NCBI GenBank assembly: GCA_903875055.1
Contig: CAIQUX010000247.1
Location: 1 to 62,771 of the forward strand
Source: an uncultured Bacteroidota bacterium
GTDB taxonomy: Bacteria > Bacteroidota > Bacteroidia > Chitinophagales > Chitinophagaceae
DNA length: 62,771 bases
Direction of reading: 5' to 3'
Shown here: positions 18,464-28,398 of the stretch, one piece after another
Numbering within the stretch: the first letter of the stretch is position 1
Layout of the letters: each line of letters starts with the position of its first letter
Translations under genes and position numbers: made by a program
The notes under the pieces: model-generated
Told to the model about the DNA's origin: nothing
The model's input: the letters and a program-made list of their open reading frames with translations, nothing else
The model's database searches: none

Positions 18464-21286
18464 ATGCAAGTACGTTTTTTGTCAATTACATCCGGTTTTA
18501 CACGAATAGGCTCTTTATTCGTTTTCTTCTCACTTCTATGCGTAGGAGGATATGCTCAAAATATCCTTCATGGAAGATTAACTGATGCAGAAAACGGTGA
18601 AGCACTTACTGGTGCGACTATACTATTGGAAGGTACAGGATATGGGGCAAAAACAGATATTTCCGGTAATTACACTATTAAGAACATTCCTGACGGATCC
18701 TACACCTTATTGGCTAAATACGTATCCTATCAAACGAAGTCTGAATTGATCATTCTTTCAAAAAAGGTTTCACTTGAAAAAAATATCACACTCGACAAAT
18801 CGCACAAAGAACTTAAGAATGTAAAGATCAAGGCCTCAAAGAAAACAAACACCGAGCGTGGTGTAATGACAGAAATCAGAAATGCACAAGTCGTGAGTTC
18901 GGGTGTTTCTGCAGCGCAGATCGCAAGGGCTGCAGATCGAAATGCGGCCGAGGTCATCAAACGTGTACCGGGTGTAACCATCATCAATGATAGATTCATT
19001 AATATCCGTGGTTTGAACGAACGATACAATGAGGTTTGGTTGAATAATGCAACGGCACCCAGTGCAGAGACCGATATCAGAGCATTTAGTTTTGATGTCA
19101 TTCCAAGTGGTGTCATTGACAGGATCTTAGTTTTTAAAACTCCTTCAGCCGAATTGCCTGGTAATTTTGCGGGTGGAGCTGTGAAAATTTTCACGACCTC
19201 CATGCCTGACAAGGACGCACTTACTTTCTCATATTCTTCTTCTTATAGGAATGGCTCGACCTTTCAACCTTATTATTATACGCAACGAAGTAAAACTGAT
19301 TACTTAGGATATGACAATTCGTATAGGGTTTTACCTAAGGATTTGCCAGAATACATCAGTAAGAATGATGCCAATAATTCAATAGTAACCGGAAGTTTTA
19401 AAAATAATTGGGAAATACTAAAAAAGAACGCGTCACCAGACCAACGATTTCAGATTAACTTTCAAAAGCATTGGCAACTGAATAAGCGAATTTCAATCGG
19501 TAATGTAAGCAGCGCTTCATATAGTAGTACCAGCACGACCTACAATGTAATGCGGGCTGATTATGATTCCAATGCGCTTAACTATAAGTCAAAAGATATA
19601 CAAAGCACTCATGCTGTTCAGATAGCTGCCATGGAAAATCTTGCTATCAGATTTGGAAATCATAAGATTGAATGGAAAAATCTGTTAAATCAATCGGGTA
19701 AGGAAATGACCACCTTGCGATCCAATGACTTGCCAGGTGATGTGCCATACAAATATTATGCAATGGGTTATATGTGCAAAAGAACCTTGTTGTCACAGCT
19801 GGCAGGCACGCATCAATTTGAAAAGAGTAAGATATTTTACGACTGGACACTCAGTTATAATAATACCTACCGAAACGAGCCCGATTTGCGTCGAATCAAT
19901 TACACACAATTCATAAGCGGTAATGATACCTTGTACAAGGCTCAGGTAGCCAATGTGGTGGATCCGATTGCAGGAGGAGGTCGTTTTTATCAATCGTTGA
20001 CAGAAAATTCGTTTTCATTGAATCATAATGTGAAACGAAATTTCAATATGGGTAAGATTTCATTGGAAATGACGGCGGGGAACTTTATTGAAAATAGGAC
20101 AAGGAACTTTACAGCACGTGTATTAGGTTATACCATCAAACCAGGATTTAATGCTTATAATTTGACACTGCTGGATATCGATACGATTTTTTCACCGCAA
20201 AACGTAAGAAGTGAAGATCAATTTAAAATAGACGAAACAACCAGTCTGCCAGATAGCTATACAGCTTCCAATTTCTTACTTGCATCCTATGTAGCATCCA
20301 ACATCCGTGTCGGAGATAAGTTGAATGTAAAAATTGGCGCACGCTATGAATACAATGAACAGAAATTAAACAGCTTCACGAATCTTGACAGCAACAGTAA
20401 AGTTTCGTTGAATCTTGTCACTAAGTTCTTGCTTCCTTCTTTGAATGTTTCGTACAATATTAATAAGAAGCAACTCATACGTTTCGCAGCTGGTCAGACT
20501 CTAAACAGACCTGAATTCAGAGAAATCGCCCCGTTCTTCTTTTATGATTTTGACTTGCGTATCGGAAATTATGGATCACTTTACCCAACAACGTATTTCC
20601 CCAAAGGGACCTATTTGAAAGTGGCCAAAGTGATGAATGCCGATATACGATATGAATGGTATGGAGAACAAACCGATATGTTTCATGTAGGTGTATTCTA
20701 TAAACATTTCACTGACCCGATTCAAAAGGTCATTACCTCTGATTATAAAGGGCTGACGTATATCAATGCAAAAAGCGCTACCGTCTATGGAATAGAAATG
20801 GAAGCAAGAAAAAGTCTCTCATTTATTCCATGGAAAGAGGCAAAAAGTTTTACAGCTATCTGTAATGTCACATTGCAAAAGAGCAATCTGATTTTACCAG
20901 ATTTTCCTAATCAGTTAAAGGAAAGTCGATTACAGGGACAATCACCTTATGTTGTGAATGCAGGAATTTATTATCAAAATGACAGCAACAAGATTCAAGC
21001 TTCATTATTGTATAATGTCTTCGGATCCAGAATTTTCGCCATAGGTTCTGACTTCTATGGAAGTACCGCAGAAGCACCTTTTCATAGTCTGGATGCAATG
21101 TTGTCATATAAGATCAACAGATACCTCTCGATCTCCGGAAGTATTCAAAACTTACTCGATCAACAAACCAAACTGATACTCGATAATAACCGAAATCAGA
21201 AGTTTGAAAAATCCGACGCTACCATAAAGAGTTATAAGATGGGATCTTATTTCACACTTGGTGCGAGAATCAATTTACTTAAATAA
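18464..21286 (+). CDS. TonB-dependent receptor with N-terminal carboxypeptidase-regulatory-like domain
   Basis: Signal peptide; CarboxypepD_reg segment (GRLTDAENGEALTGATILLEG..SGNYTIKNIPDGSYTL); plug (AAEVIKRVPGVTI..IRGLNERYNEVWLNN); long beta-barrel ending in an aromatic-rich terminal strand. Confidence 0.9.
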   Translation: MQVRFLSITSGFTRIGSLFVFFSLLCVGGYAQNILHGRLTDAENGEALTGATILLEGTGYGAKTDISGNYTIKNIPDGSYTLLAKYVSYQTKSELIILSKKVSLEKNITLDKSHKELKNVKIKASKKTNTERGVMTEIRNAQVVSSGVSAAQIARAADRNAAEVIKRVPGVTIINDRFINIRGLNERYNEVWLNNATAPSAETDIRAFSFDVIPSGVIDRILVFKTPSAELPGNFAGGAVKIFTTSMPDKDALTFSYSSSYRNGSTFQPYYYTQRSKTDYLGYDNSYRVLPKDLPEYISKNDANNSIVTGSFKNNWEILKKNASPDQRFQINFQKHWQLNKRISIGNVSSASYSSTSTTYNVMRADYDSNALNYKSKDIQSTHAVQIAAMENLAIRFGNHKIEWKNLLNQSGKEMTTLRSNDLPGDVPYKYYAMGYMCKRTLLSQLAGTHQFEKSKIFYDWTLSYNNTYRNEPDLRRINYTQFISGNDTLYKAQVANVVDPIAGGGRFYQSLTENSFSLNHNVKRNFNMGKISLEMTAGNFIENRTRNFTARVLGYTIKPGFNAYNLTLLDIDTIFSPQNVRSEDQFKIDETTSLPDSYTASNFLLASYVASNIRVGDKLNVKIGARYEYNEQKLNSFTNLDSNSKVSLNLVTKFLLPSLNVSYNINKKQLIRFAAGQTLNRPEFREIAPFFFYDFDLRIGNYGSLYPTTYFPKGTYLKVAKVMNADIRYEWYGEQTDMFHVGVFYKHFTDPIQKVITSDYKGLTYINAKSATVYGIEMEARKSLSFIPWKEAKSFTAICNVTLQKSNLILPDFPNQLKESRLQGQSPYVVNAGIYYQNDSNKIQASLLYNVFGSRIFAIGSDFYGSTAEAPFHSLDAMLSYKINRYLSISGSIQNLLDQQTKLILDNNRNQKFEKSDATIKSYKMGSYFTLGARINLLK

Positions 21287-21328
21287 ACAAACATAAAAAT
21301 TTAAAAAAAACAAAAAGAAGTAACAAAA

Positions 21329-23179
21329 ATGAAAAAACAAGTACACATTTTCAGCACGTTGATTGCATTATTATTATGCTTCCGTTCAACCGCACAAACA
21401 TTCACCACGGTCACTATTCAAGACAGTATTTCAACAAATACAACTTGGACCTGCGACAAACAATATCTATTAAAAGGATACGTTTATGTCACTTCAGGAA
21501 CAACACTTACCATTGATCCGGGTGTTATCATTCGCGGGGATAAAAACACCAAAGGTGCTTTGATCATCGAACGCGGTGCCAAAATAATGGCTCTAGGAAC
21601 TGCAGCGTCTCCAATCGTATTTACATCTTCACAACCTGCTGGACAGCGCAGCTATGGTGATTGGGGAGGAGTGATACTTTGTGGTAAATCGCCTGTAAAC
21701 TGGACAGCAGGGCAAGCTCAGGTTGAAGGTGGTCCGCGTTCATTATATGGAGGTACAGATCCTGCCGACAATTCAGGTACTATGCAATATGTACGTATTG
21801 AATTTCCTGGTATCGCGTTTTCACCAAATAATGAAGTAAACGGACTTACATTTTGCGGTGTAGGAACGGGTACAACCATTGATCATATTCAGGTTTCGTA
21901 CAGCGGTGACGATAGTTATGAATGGTTTGGCGGCACTGTCAATACAAAATACATTGTTGCTTACAAAGGATGGGACGATGATTTTGATACAGACAATGGG
22001 TATAACGGAAACAACCAATATGGAATTGCACTTCGTGATCCGTTTGCTGCCGATCAATCAGGTTCAAAATGTTTTGAATCAGACAGCTATCAGGCTGGAA
22101 CCGCCACAGGTTTGGCAGGTGATACTTCGCAAATTACTAAACCTGTATTTTCAAACTTTACATGCATTGGACCATTGGTAAGTCCTACATCAACAAGTTA
22201 TGATCCTCAATATGTCTCGGCTGTTCACATTCGTCGCGGTAGTGCCATCAGTATCATGAACAGTATCATTGCCGGTTATCCGTGTGGTGTATTGGTTGAT
22301 GAATCAGCTGCTACTTTTGGAAGTACGGTTGCAAATATTCAATCCGGTATCCTTCAGTTTAAAAACAATGTAGTATGTGGAATTCCTAACGCTGCACCAC
22401 TCGGATCTAAAGAAGTATTTTATGTAATTAATGGCGCCCGAAGTTTAACACCAACTACAACATGGGCTGACACCACAACCGGTACCCCTTTTGGTACGTA
22501 TGGCGGACCAATGGGATGGATGAAAAATCCTGCAAATTCAAATTGGTTAAAAGCAAACGAGCAAAACGGAGTTAAATTGCAAAATCCATTTAATCAAACC
22601 GGTACGCCTGATTTCTTGCCTACAAGTATTTCCGGAGTAATTTACAATAGTGCCGGACATACTTTCAACACCAATAATCCTATTAACCTAGATACCACAG
22701 GAAGTTATGCAAACTATAATGCACCAGATTTCATCCCAAGTTATTCAAGCTACAAATTGCAAAATCCTTTTTTCCATGCTGAAAATCATATTGGTGCTAT
22801 GAATAACACCGGTAATGTTTCAGATAAATGGACTTCAGGATGGTGTAATTGGGATCCTAATAATACGAATTATGAAGTCGTTTGTTCAGCAACTGCTGTT
22901 CCTGAATATAGCGTATCTGATTTGTATTTGAAAGTGAGTCCTAACCCTGTTACCGCCGATGGTATCCTTGGTTATACCTTAGCCACAGATTCAAAAATCG
23001 ATGTTTCATTATTTAATATGATGGGTGAAAAAGTTGAAACTTTGTATAATAATGCTAATCAATCAAAAGGCAGCTATATTTATCGTTTCAATACTCAAAA
23101 TTTAGTTTCCGGAGTTTATACGATTGTTGTCACTACAAACAACACGATGAAAACTATCAAAATTGCAGTTAAGAAATAA
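21329..23179 (+). CDS. Secreted cell-surface protein, probable parallel beta-helix, with T9SS type A C-terminal sorting domain
   Basis: Signal peptide; TLTIDPGVIIRG / GALIIERGAKI repeat-like strands; conserved GDDSYEWFGG and DDDFDTDNG blocks; C-terminal LKVSPNPV...SGVYTIVV sorting domain. Confidence 0.75.
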   Translation: MKKQVHIFSTLIALLLCFRSTAQTFTTVTIQDSISTNTTWTCDKQYLLKGYVYVTSGTTLTIDPGVIIRGDKNTKGALIIERGAKIMALGTAASPIVFTSSQPAGQRSYGDWGGVILCGKSPVNWTAGQAQVEGGPRSLYGGTDPADNSGTMQYVRIEFPGIAFSPNNEVNGLTFCGVGTGTTIDHIQVSYSGDDSYEWFGGTVNTKYIVAYKGWDDDFDTDNGYNGNNQYGIALRDPFAADQSGSKCFESDSYQAGTATGLAGDTSQITKPVFSNFTCIGPLVSPTSTSYDPQYVSAVHIRRGSAISIMNSIIAGYPCGVLVDESAATFGSTVANIQSGILQFKNNVVCGIPNAAPLGSKEVFYVINGARSLTPTTTWADTTTGTPFGTYGGPMGWMKNPANSNWLKANEQNGVKLQNPFNQTGTPDFLPTSISGVIYNSAGHTFNTNNPINLDTTGSYANYNAPDFIPSYSSYKLQNPFFHAENHIGAMNNTGNVSDKWTSGWCNWDPNNTNYEVVCSATAVPEYSVSDLYLKVSPNPVTADGILGYTLATDSKIDVSLFNMMGEKVETLYNNANQSKGSYIYRFNTQNLVSGVYTIVVTTNNTMKTIKIAVKK

Positions 23180-23215
23180 ATAGTCTTTATTATTATTTAT
23201 ATATTTTAATCTGAA

Positions 23216-23245
23216 AGGCCGCCCGAAATGGGCGGCTTTGTTGTG
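23216..23245 (+). terminator. Rho-independent terminator after the T9SS surface protein gene
   Basis: GC stem GCCGCCC (23218-23224) / GGGCGGC (23230-23236) with loop GAAAT, followed by TTTGTTGTGT. Confidence 0.8.
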
Positions 23246-23280
23246 TATTTAGTATCCTGAAATGACGGTTTTTTCTAGCT

Positions 23281-23318
23281 TTGGTAACCTTATCATAACT
23301 ATTTGGTAAAATTGGTAA
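23281..23318 (+). promoter_or_regulatory. Direct-repeat array 3 x TTGGTAA (candidate Pho-type or LytTR-type operator)
   Basis: Exact copies at 23281, 23303 and 23312, 71-108 nt upstream of the porin ATG (23389). Confidence 0.5.
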
Positions 23319-23388
23319 CATTAAAATAATACAAAAATAATGGATTGAAACACCGTCTTTTCAATCTTTGCAATCTCAATTACTAAAA

Positions 23389-24738
23389 ATGAATTTAAAA
23401 ATTACAAAAACGATTACAAAAATCACCTCGATTGCACTACTGAATGTGCTTTGTATTAGCTCCTTCGCTCAAATCACTGAAAAACCTGAAACCTTGGAAG
23501 ATAAGGTGGATACCTTGTACAGCCGCACGGAATCCTTGATGAATGATGTGGATTATATAAAAAGACTTAAGTTTAGTGGCTATGTTCAGGCACAATATCA
23601 AATAGCCGACACAGCAGGTGCTAAAGGAAATTCGTTTGCCGGTGGTGCTTTTGATGCGAATGTCAATAACAGATTCTTACTTCGCCGTTCACGTATCAAA
23701 ATGGCTTATGACAATAATGATGAATTCGGAAATACGATCACACAGATTGTGGCTCAGATTGATTTGTTCTCAAGTGGCACAGTGGTGATTCGTGATTTCT
23801 ATGGTAAGTTCACTGATCCATGGACACGTTGGTTCGGAATTAAAGCAGGCGCCATGGATAGACCCTTCGGATATGAGGTTACTTATACTTCAGGAACTAG
23901 GGAAACACCTGAACGTGGTCGTATGAGTCAGCTATTATTCCCTGGTGAAAAAGATTTCGGAGCTCAGTTTGTAATTCAGCCAGTCAAACAATCTCGTTTT
24001 AATTTCTTCAAACTGGAAACAGGACTGTATAACGGAACCGGTGTATTGAATAATGATTTCGATAAGAAAAAAGATTGGATCAGTCGTCTTTCTTTCTTTA
24101 AAGCCAATTTCAATGAAACTGTTAAATACAGTGGAGGCTTGAGCTATTACAATGGAGGCCATAAATACGGGACTAAAAATAATTATGAAATGTCAACTTT
24201 GACCAATGGAATTAAGAGTTGGATGCTGAAAGATTCAAATGCAACCAATCTTTCAAAAATTGGGAAAGCTGTTTATTATGGTGTTGACGCACAGGTGAGT
24301 GTAGATTGGAAAGGTGGTTTGTCTACGTTCAGGGCTGAAGGTATTATGGGACAACAGCCAGGTACTGCCAAATCAAGCGGCACGCCACGTACCTTGGTGG
24401 CTGAAGATCTATACTTGCGTAACTTCAACGGAGCCTATCTGTACTTCGTACAAAATATCTTACATACTCATCACAACATTATCGTGAAGTACGATGTGTA
24501 TGATCCAAATACAAAAGTGAAAGGAAACGAAATTGCTTCTAACCTCACATCGTCAGATATTAAATACTCGACCTTAGGATTAGGGTACTTGTTTAACTAT
24601 GATCAAAACTGGAAATTCATGGTGTACAAGGATTTTGTAAAAAATGAAAGCACTGGGCTGAGTGGTTATACCTCTGATGTGAAAAAAGATAATGTCCTTA
24701 CGTTCAGAATTCAATATACATTTAATAAATATCAATAA
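23389..24738 (+). CDS. Phosphate-selective porin O/P family outer-membrane protein (probable)
   Basis: Signal peptide, N-terminal coiled segment, LKFSGYVQAQYQ and NRFLLRRSRIKM motifs, C-terminal beta-barrel ending in F. It lies immediately upstream of pstS. ATG 23389 is preferred over TTG 23368. Confidence 0.65.
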   Translation: MNLKITKTITKITSIALLNVLCISSFAQITEKPETLEDKVDTLYSRTESLMNDVDYIKRLKFSGYVQAQYQIADTAGAKGNSFAGGAFDANVNNRFLLRRSRIKMAYDNNDEFGNTITQIVAQIDLFSSGTVVIRDFYGKFTDPWTRWFGIKAGAMDRPFGYEVTYTSGTRETPERGRMSQLLFPGEKDFGAQFVIQPVKQSRFNFFKLETGLYNGTGVLNNDFDKKKDWISRLSFFKANFNETVKYSGGLSYYNGGHKYGTKNNYEMSTLTNGIKSWMLKDSNATNLSKIGKAVYYGVDAQVSVDWKGGLSTFRAEGIMGQQPGTAKSSGTPRTLVAEDLYLRNFNGAYLYFVQNILHTHHNIIVKYDVYDPNTKVKGNEIASNLTSSDIKYSTLGLGYLFNYDQNWKFMVYKDFVKNESTGLSGYTSDVKKDNVLTFRIQYTFNKYQ

Positions 24739-24749
24739 TAAGTAAAAAC

Positions 24750-25559
24750 ATGAAGAAAATCTTAATTGCATTATTCGCACTGACATCAGTAGTAAATGCA
24801 CAAACAGTAAAATTAAAAGGGAGTGATACCGTTTTGCCTTTAGCACAAAAAGAAGCAGAACAGTTCAATAAATCAGGAAAAGGTAAAGTAAGTGTAACAG
24901 GAGGAGGAAGCGGTGTAGGTATTGCTTCACTGATTGACGGTACCACTGATATCGCTTCAAGCAGCCGTAAAATCAAGATGGATGAAAAATTAAAAATGCA
25001 GGATGCTGGTAAGAAATACAAGGAAGTCATCATTTCAAAAGATGCTTTAAGTATTATTGTGAATCCTTCAAATCCGGTTCAACAATTGACACGTGAGCAA
25101 ATCGAAGGTATTTTCACCGGTAAAATCACCAATTGGAAAGAAGTAGGTGGCAGCGATATGAAAATTGTTGTGTACAGTCGTGAAACCAGCAGCGGTACCT
25201 ATGAATTCTTTAAAGAATTTGTCATGAACAGAAAGAACTACGCCACCAGTGTATTGAATATGCCTGCAACAGGTGCTATCGTACAAAGTGTTGGTCAAAC
25301 AAAAGGTGCTATAGGATATATCGGAATGGCCTACGACAATGCCTCAGTTCGACAGTTGAAAGTTAGTTATGACAAGGGCAAAACCTATATCATGCCAAGT
25401 TTGGCAAATGCAAAGAATAAAACCTATCCTATCATTCGTCCATTGTTTCTTTACTACAATATGAAGGACGAAGCCAAGATCAAGCCGTTCATTGACTATT
25501 GTCTGAGCGCAGCTGGTCAGCAAATTGTTGAGAAGACAGGTTATGTACCGTTAGATTAA
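24750..25559 (+). CDS. pstS: Phosphate ABC transporter substrate-binding protein PstS
   Basis: KGSDTVLPLAQ, TGGGSGVGIASLIDGTTDIASSSR and ITNWKEVGG..SRETSSGT motifs. Confidence 0.9.
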   Translation: MKKILIALFALTSVVNAQTVKLKGSDTVLPLAQKEAEQFNKSGKGKVSVTGGGSGVGIASLIDGTTDIASSSRKIKMDEKLKMQDAGKKYKEVIISKDALSIIVNPSNPVQQLTREQIEGIFTGKITNWKEVGGSDMKIVVYSRETSSGTYEFFKEFVMNRKNYATSVLNMPATGAIVQSVGQTKGAIGYIGMAYDNASVRQLKVSYDKGKTYIMPSLANAKNKTYPIIRPLFLYYNMKDEAKIKPFIDYCLSAAGQQIVEKTGYVPLD

Positions 25560-25609
25560 TCGGGCAACCGTCAACTAAGTAGTATTGTTAATCGATAAGA
25601 AGAAAGGAA

Positions 25610-26803
25610 ATGTTTAAGAAATTAAGTCAGAAAATACAGGTAAGTATCTTGGCCATTTGTAGCCTTGCTACCAGTGTCACTGTTATTTTGATTATTATTT
25701 TCCTTTTCAGTGAGGGTATTTCTTTCTTGGGTATGAAACCTACTGAGGAAGGATATGTGTTGGCTGTCAATACAAAGAACAACCTGAGCAGTATCAGTCC
25801 TGAATTATGTAAGAAGGTCTTTGATCAGGAAGTCGATAACTGGAGTCAGTTAGGTGAAAAAGATATGCCTATCGAATTGGTGAACTCCGATCAGATTGCT
25901 ACTTTTTATTCAGAAGAAGCTATTGGCAGCGAGATGGAGTACCTCGATACCTGTTATAATGATTATGTATCGAAACACGAAGGAGCCTTTGCCGTCATGC
26001 CTAAAAATTATGTCACATCTAAATTCAAAGGACGTATTGTTGAAGTGCAGGAAAATTCCATCGCTTCTTTAGTCACTGGACGTGAATGGTTCCCGACGGC
26101 AAAACCCATTGCTCAATTCGGTATATTGCCTTTGTTAATGGGGACACTTATTGTCAGTCTGGGTGCCATTCTTATCGCCTTGCCTTTCGGACTGGCCTGC
26201 GCTATTTATATGTCTGAAATAGCTAAGAAAGGCCGTCGCAAAATTATGAAGCCATTGGTCGAATTGCTGGCAGGTATTCCGAGTGTCGTCTATGGTTTTT
26301 TCGGATTGATTGTCATCGTACCTCTCATTCAAAAACTCTTTCATCTCGACGTCGGTGAAACAGCCCTTGCCGGAAGTATCATCTTAGGTATCATGGCCTT
26401 GCCTACTATCATCACTATCAGTGAAGATGCCCTCCGTAATGTGCCGAATGCCATGCGTGAAGCGAGTTTGGCTATGGGAGCTACCAAATGGCAAACAATC
26501 TATAAAGTGGTTATTCCGTATGCCATCAGTGGTATCACTACGGCGGCCGTATTAGGAATCGGACGTGCTATCGGTGAAACCATGGCTGTTTTGATGGTTA
26601 CTGGAAATGCTGCTAATGTTACTTTCAATTACCTTAAACCTGTCCGTACCATACCGGCTACGATTGCCGCCGAATTAGGTGAAGCACCAAGCGGCGGTAT
26701 TCATTTCAAAGCCCTGTTTGCATTGGGCTGTATCTTATTCCTGATTACGATGTCGATTAATCTCTATGTAAATTTTGTCTCAAAACGAAGAGGTGTAAAA
26801 TAA
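25610..26803 (+). CDS. pstC: Phosphate ABC transporter permease PstC with about 100-aa insertion after TM1
   Basis: The C-terminal 230 aa carry the PstC core (W.P....FG..P...GT, EAxxxMGATKWQT). Extra periplasmic segment at residues 41-165. Confidence 0.9.
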   Translation: MFKKLSQKIQVSILAICSLATSVTVILIIIFLFSEGISFLGMKPTEEGYVLAVNTKNNLSSISPELCKKVFDQEVDNWSQLGEKDMPIELVNSDQIATFYSEEAIGSEMEYLDTCYNDYVSKHEGAFAVMPKNYVTSKFKGRIVEVQENSIASLVTGREWFPTAKPIAQFGILPLLMGTLIVSLGAILIALPFGLACAIYMSEIAKKGRRKIMKPLVELLAGIPSVVYGFFGLIVIVPLIQKLFHLDVGETALAGSIILGIMALPTIITISEDALRNVPNAMREASLAMGATKWQTIYKVVIPYAISGITTAAVLGIGRAIGETMAVLMVTGNAANVTFNYLKPVRTIPATIAAELGEAPSGGIHFKALFALGCILFLITMSINLYVNFVSKRRGVK

Positions 26804-27645
26804 TGAAAGCTATTACCAAACAAAAGATTGTTTTCAGTATCCTTAAAGTAATGAGCTTTATGGTGATTGCCATTTTATTCCTGATTATAGGGTTTATTTT
26901 CGTCAAAGGTATCGGCGTGATCAATTGGGGGTTCATTTCCAAAATGCCAGAAGAAGGTATGCTAAAGGGCGGTATTCTTCCCGCTATTGTCGGAACCTTG
27001 TGTCTCATCGGAGGAAGTATGCTCTTCGCCTTTCCGATCGGAGTATTCAGTGGCATCTATATCAACGAGTTTCTTAAAGACGGACCATTAAAACGCTTCA
27101 TGCGTCTCATGACAGATAATCTGGCCGGTATTCCGAGTATAGTTTTCGGCTTATTCGGTATGGCCTTATTTGTCAATAAATTAAAGTTCGGCGATAGCAT
27201 ATTGGCAGGTTCTCTTACGCTGGGAATTCTGGCTTTACCTGTGATCATCCGCACCACCGAAGAGGCACTTCGCTCGGTCGATGATCTGCACCGTCAGGCA
27301 AGTTATGCCTTGGGGGCATCAAAATTATATACCATCAAGAAGGTGGTATTGCCAATCGCCTTACCCAATATCATCACCGGACTGATCCTTGCCATCGGCA
27401 GGGTAAGTGGTGAAACGGCTCCCATCCTGTTTACGGTGGCAGCCTATTTTTTACCTAAACTTCCTCATAGCTTATTCGAACAGGCGATGGCATTACCCTA
27501 TCACCTCTATGTACTGGCTACCAGTGGTACTGATATCGAAAAAGCAAAACCGATGGCTTTCGGTACCGCTCTCATCCTGATCACCATAGTACTGATCTGC
27601 AATCTTCTGGCAAATCTGATAAGGGCCAAATTCAAAAAAAAGTAA
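26803..27645 (+). CDS. pstA: Phosphate ABC transporter permease PstA
   Basis: EEALRSV..ASYALGASKLYTI and GRVSGETAP motifs. The ATG overlaps the pstC TAA by 1 nt. Confidence 0.92.
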   Translation: MKAITKQKIVFSILKVMSFMVIAILFLIIGFIFVKGIGVINWGFISKMPEEGMLKGGILPAIVGTLCLIGGSMLFAFPIGVFSGIYINEFLKDGPLKRFMRLMTDNLAGIPSIVFGLFGMALFVNKLKFGDSILAGSLTLGILALPVIIRTTEEALRSVDDLHRQASYALGASKLYTIKKVVLPIALPNIITGLILAIGRVSGETAPILFTVAAYFLPKLPHSLFEQAMALPYHLYVLATSGTDIEKAKPMAFGTALILITIVLICNLLANLIRAKFKKK

Positions 27646-27651
27646 GCAACG

Positions 27652-28398
27652 ATGATACAAATAAAGAATGTCAATTTCTATTATAAAGATTTTCACGCAT
27701 TGACCGATATCAATATGCAGATTCCCGACAAAGCGGTCACTGCCTTCATCGGTCCCAGTGGCTGCGGTAAGTCTACCCTGTTACGTCTGATCAACCGTAT
27801 GAATGATCTTATTGATGGTACCCGCCTCACAGGAAACATATTGGTCGAAGGTCAGGATATCTACGATAAGAAGGTCGAAGTAGAAGAACTCAGGAAAAAG
27901 GTAGGCATGGTATTCCAAAAACCCAATCCCTTTCCAAAAACCATTTTCGAAAATGTAGCATACGGATTACGGGTGCAAGGCATGAAGAATGAGTCCGAAA
28001 TAAAAGACAGGGTAGAGGATGCCATTAAAAAGGCAGCTCTATGGAGTGAAGTGGAGCGTATCCTCAATAATAATGCCACCAATTTGTCGGGCGGACAACA
28101 ACAACGACTTTGTATCGCACGTTGTCTGGCGGTTGAACCTCATGTGATCTTGATGGACGAGCCGGCCTCAGCCCTCGATCCGATCAGCACAGCTAAGATT
28201 GAGGAACTGGTGCTTGATCTTAAATCAAAATACACCATCGTCATAGTCACCCACAATATGCAACAGGCCCTTCGTATCAGCGATAATACAGCCTTTTTCT
28301 ATTTGGGTGAATTGGTGGAATACAACAACACTCGTGACATCTTTCATAATCCGGCGCAGGAAAAGACAAAAAATTACGTAACGGGTCAATTCGGGTAA
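27652..28398 (+). CDS. pstB: Phosphate ABC transporter ATP-binding protein PstB
   Basis: Walker [10 protein letters not shown], signature LSGGQQQRL, Walker B ILMDEP, and an N-terminal region typical of PstB. Confidence 0.95.
   Translation: MIQIKNVNFYYKDFHALTDINMQIPDKAVTAFIGPSGCGKSTLLRLINRMNDLIDGTRLTGNILVEGQDIYDKKVEVEELRKKVGMVFQKPNPFPKTIFENVAYGLRVQGMKNESEIKDRVEDAIKKAALWSEVERILNNNATNLSGGQQQRLCIARCLAVEPHVILMDEPASALDPISTAKIEELVLDLKSKYTIVIVTHNMQQALRISDNTAFFYLGELVEYNNTRDIFHNPAQEKTKNYVTGQFG

Noticed and set aside
18730-19212. 160-aa minus-strand ORF inside the TonB receptor gene. Similar long antisense ORFs occur at 29738-30208, 31175-31573, 51548-52024, 62290-62751, 3209-3577, 6817-7188 and 1358-1630.
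   Set aside because: Each lies fully inside, and antisense to, a CDS with strong family motifs. They have low-complexity or odd composition and no recognisable motifs. These are typical shadow ORFs.
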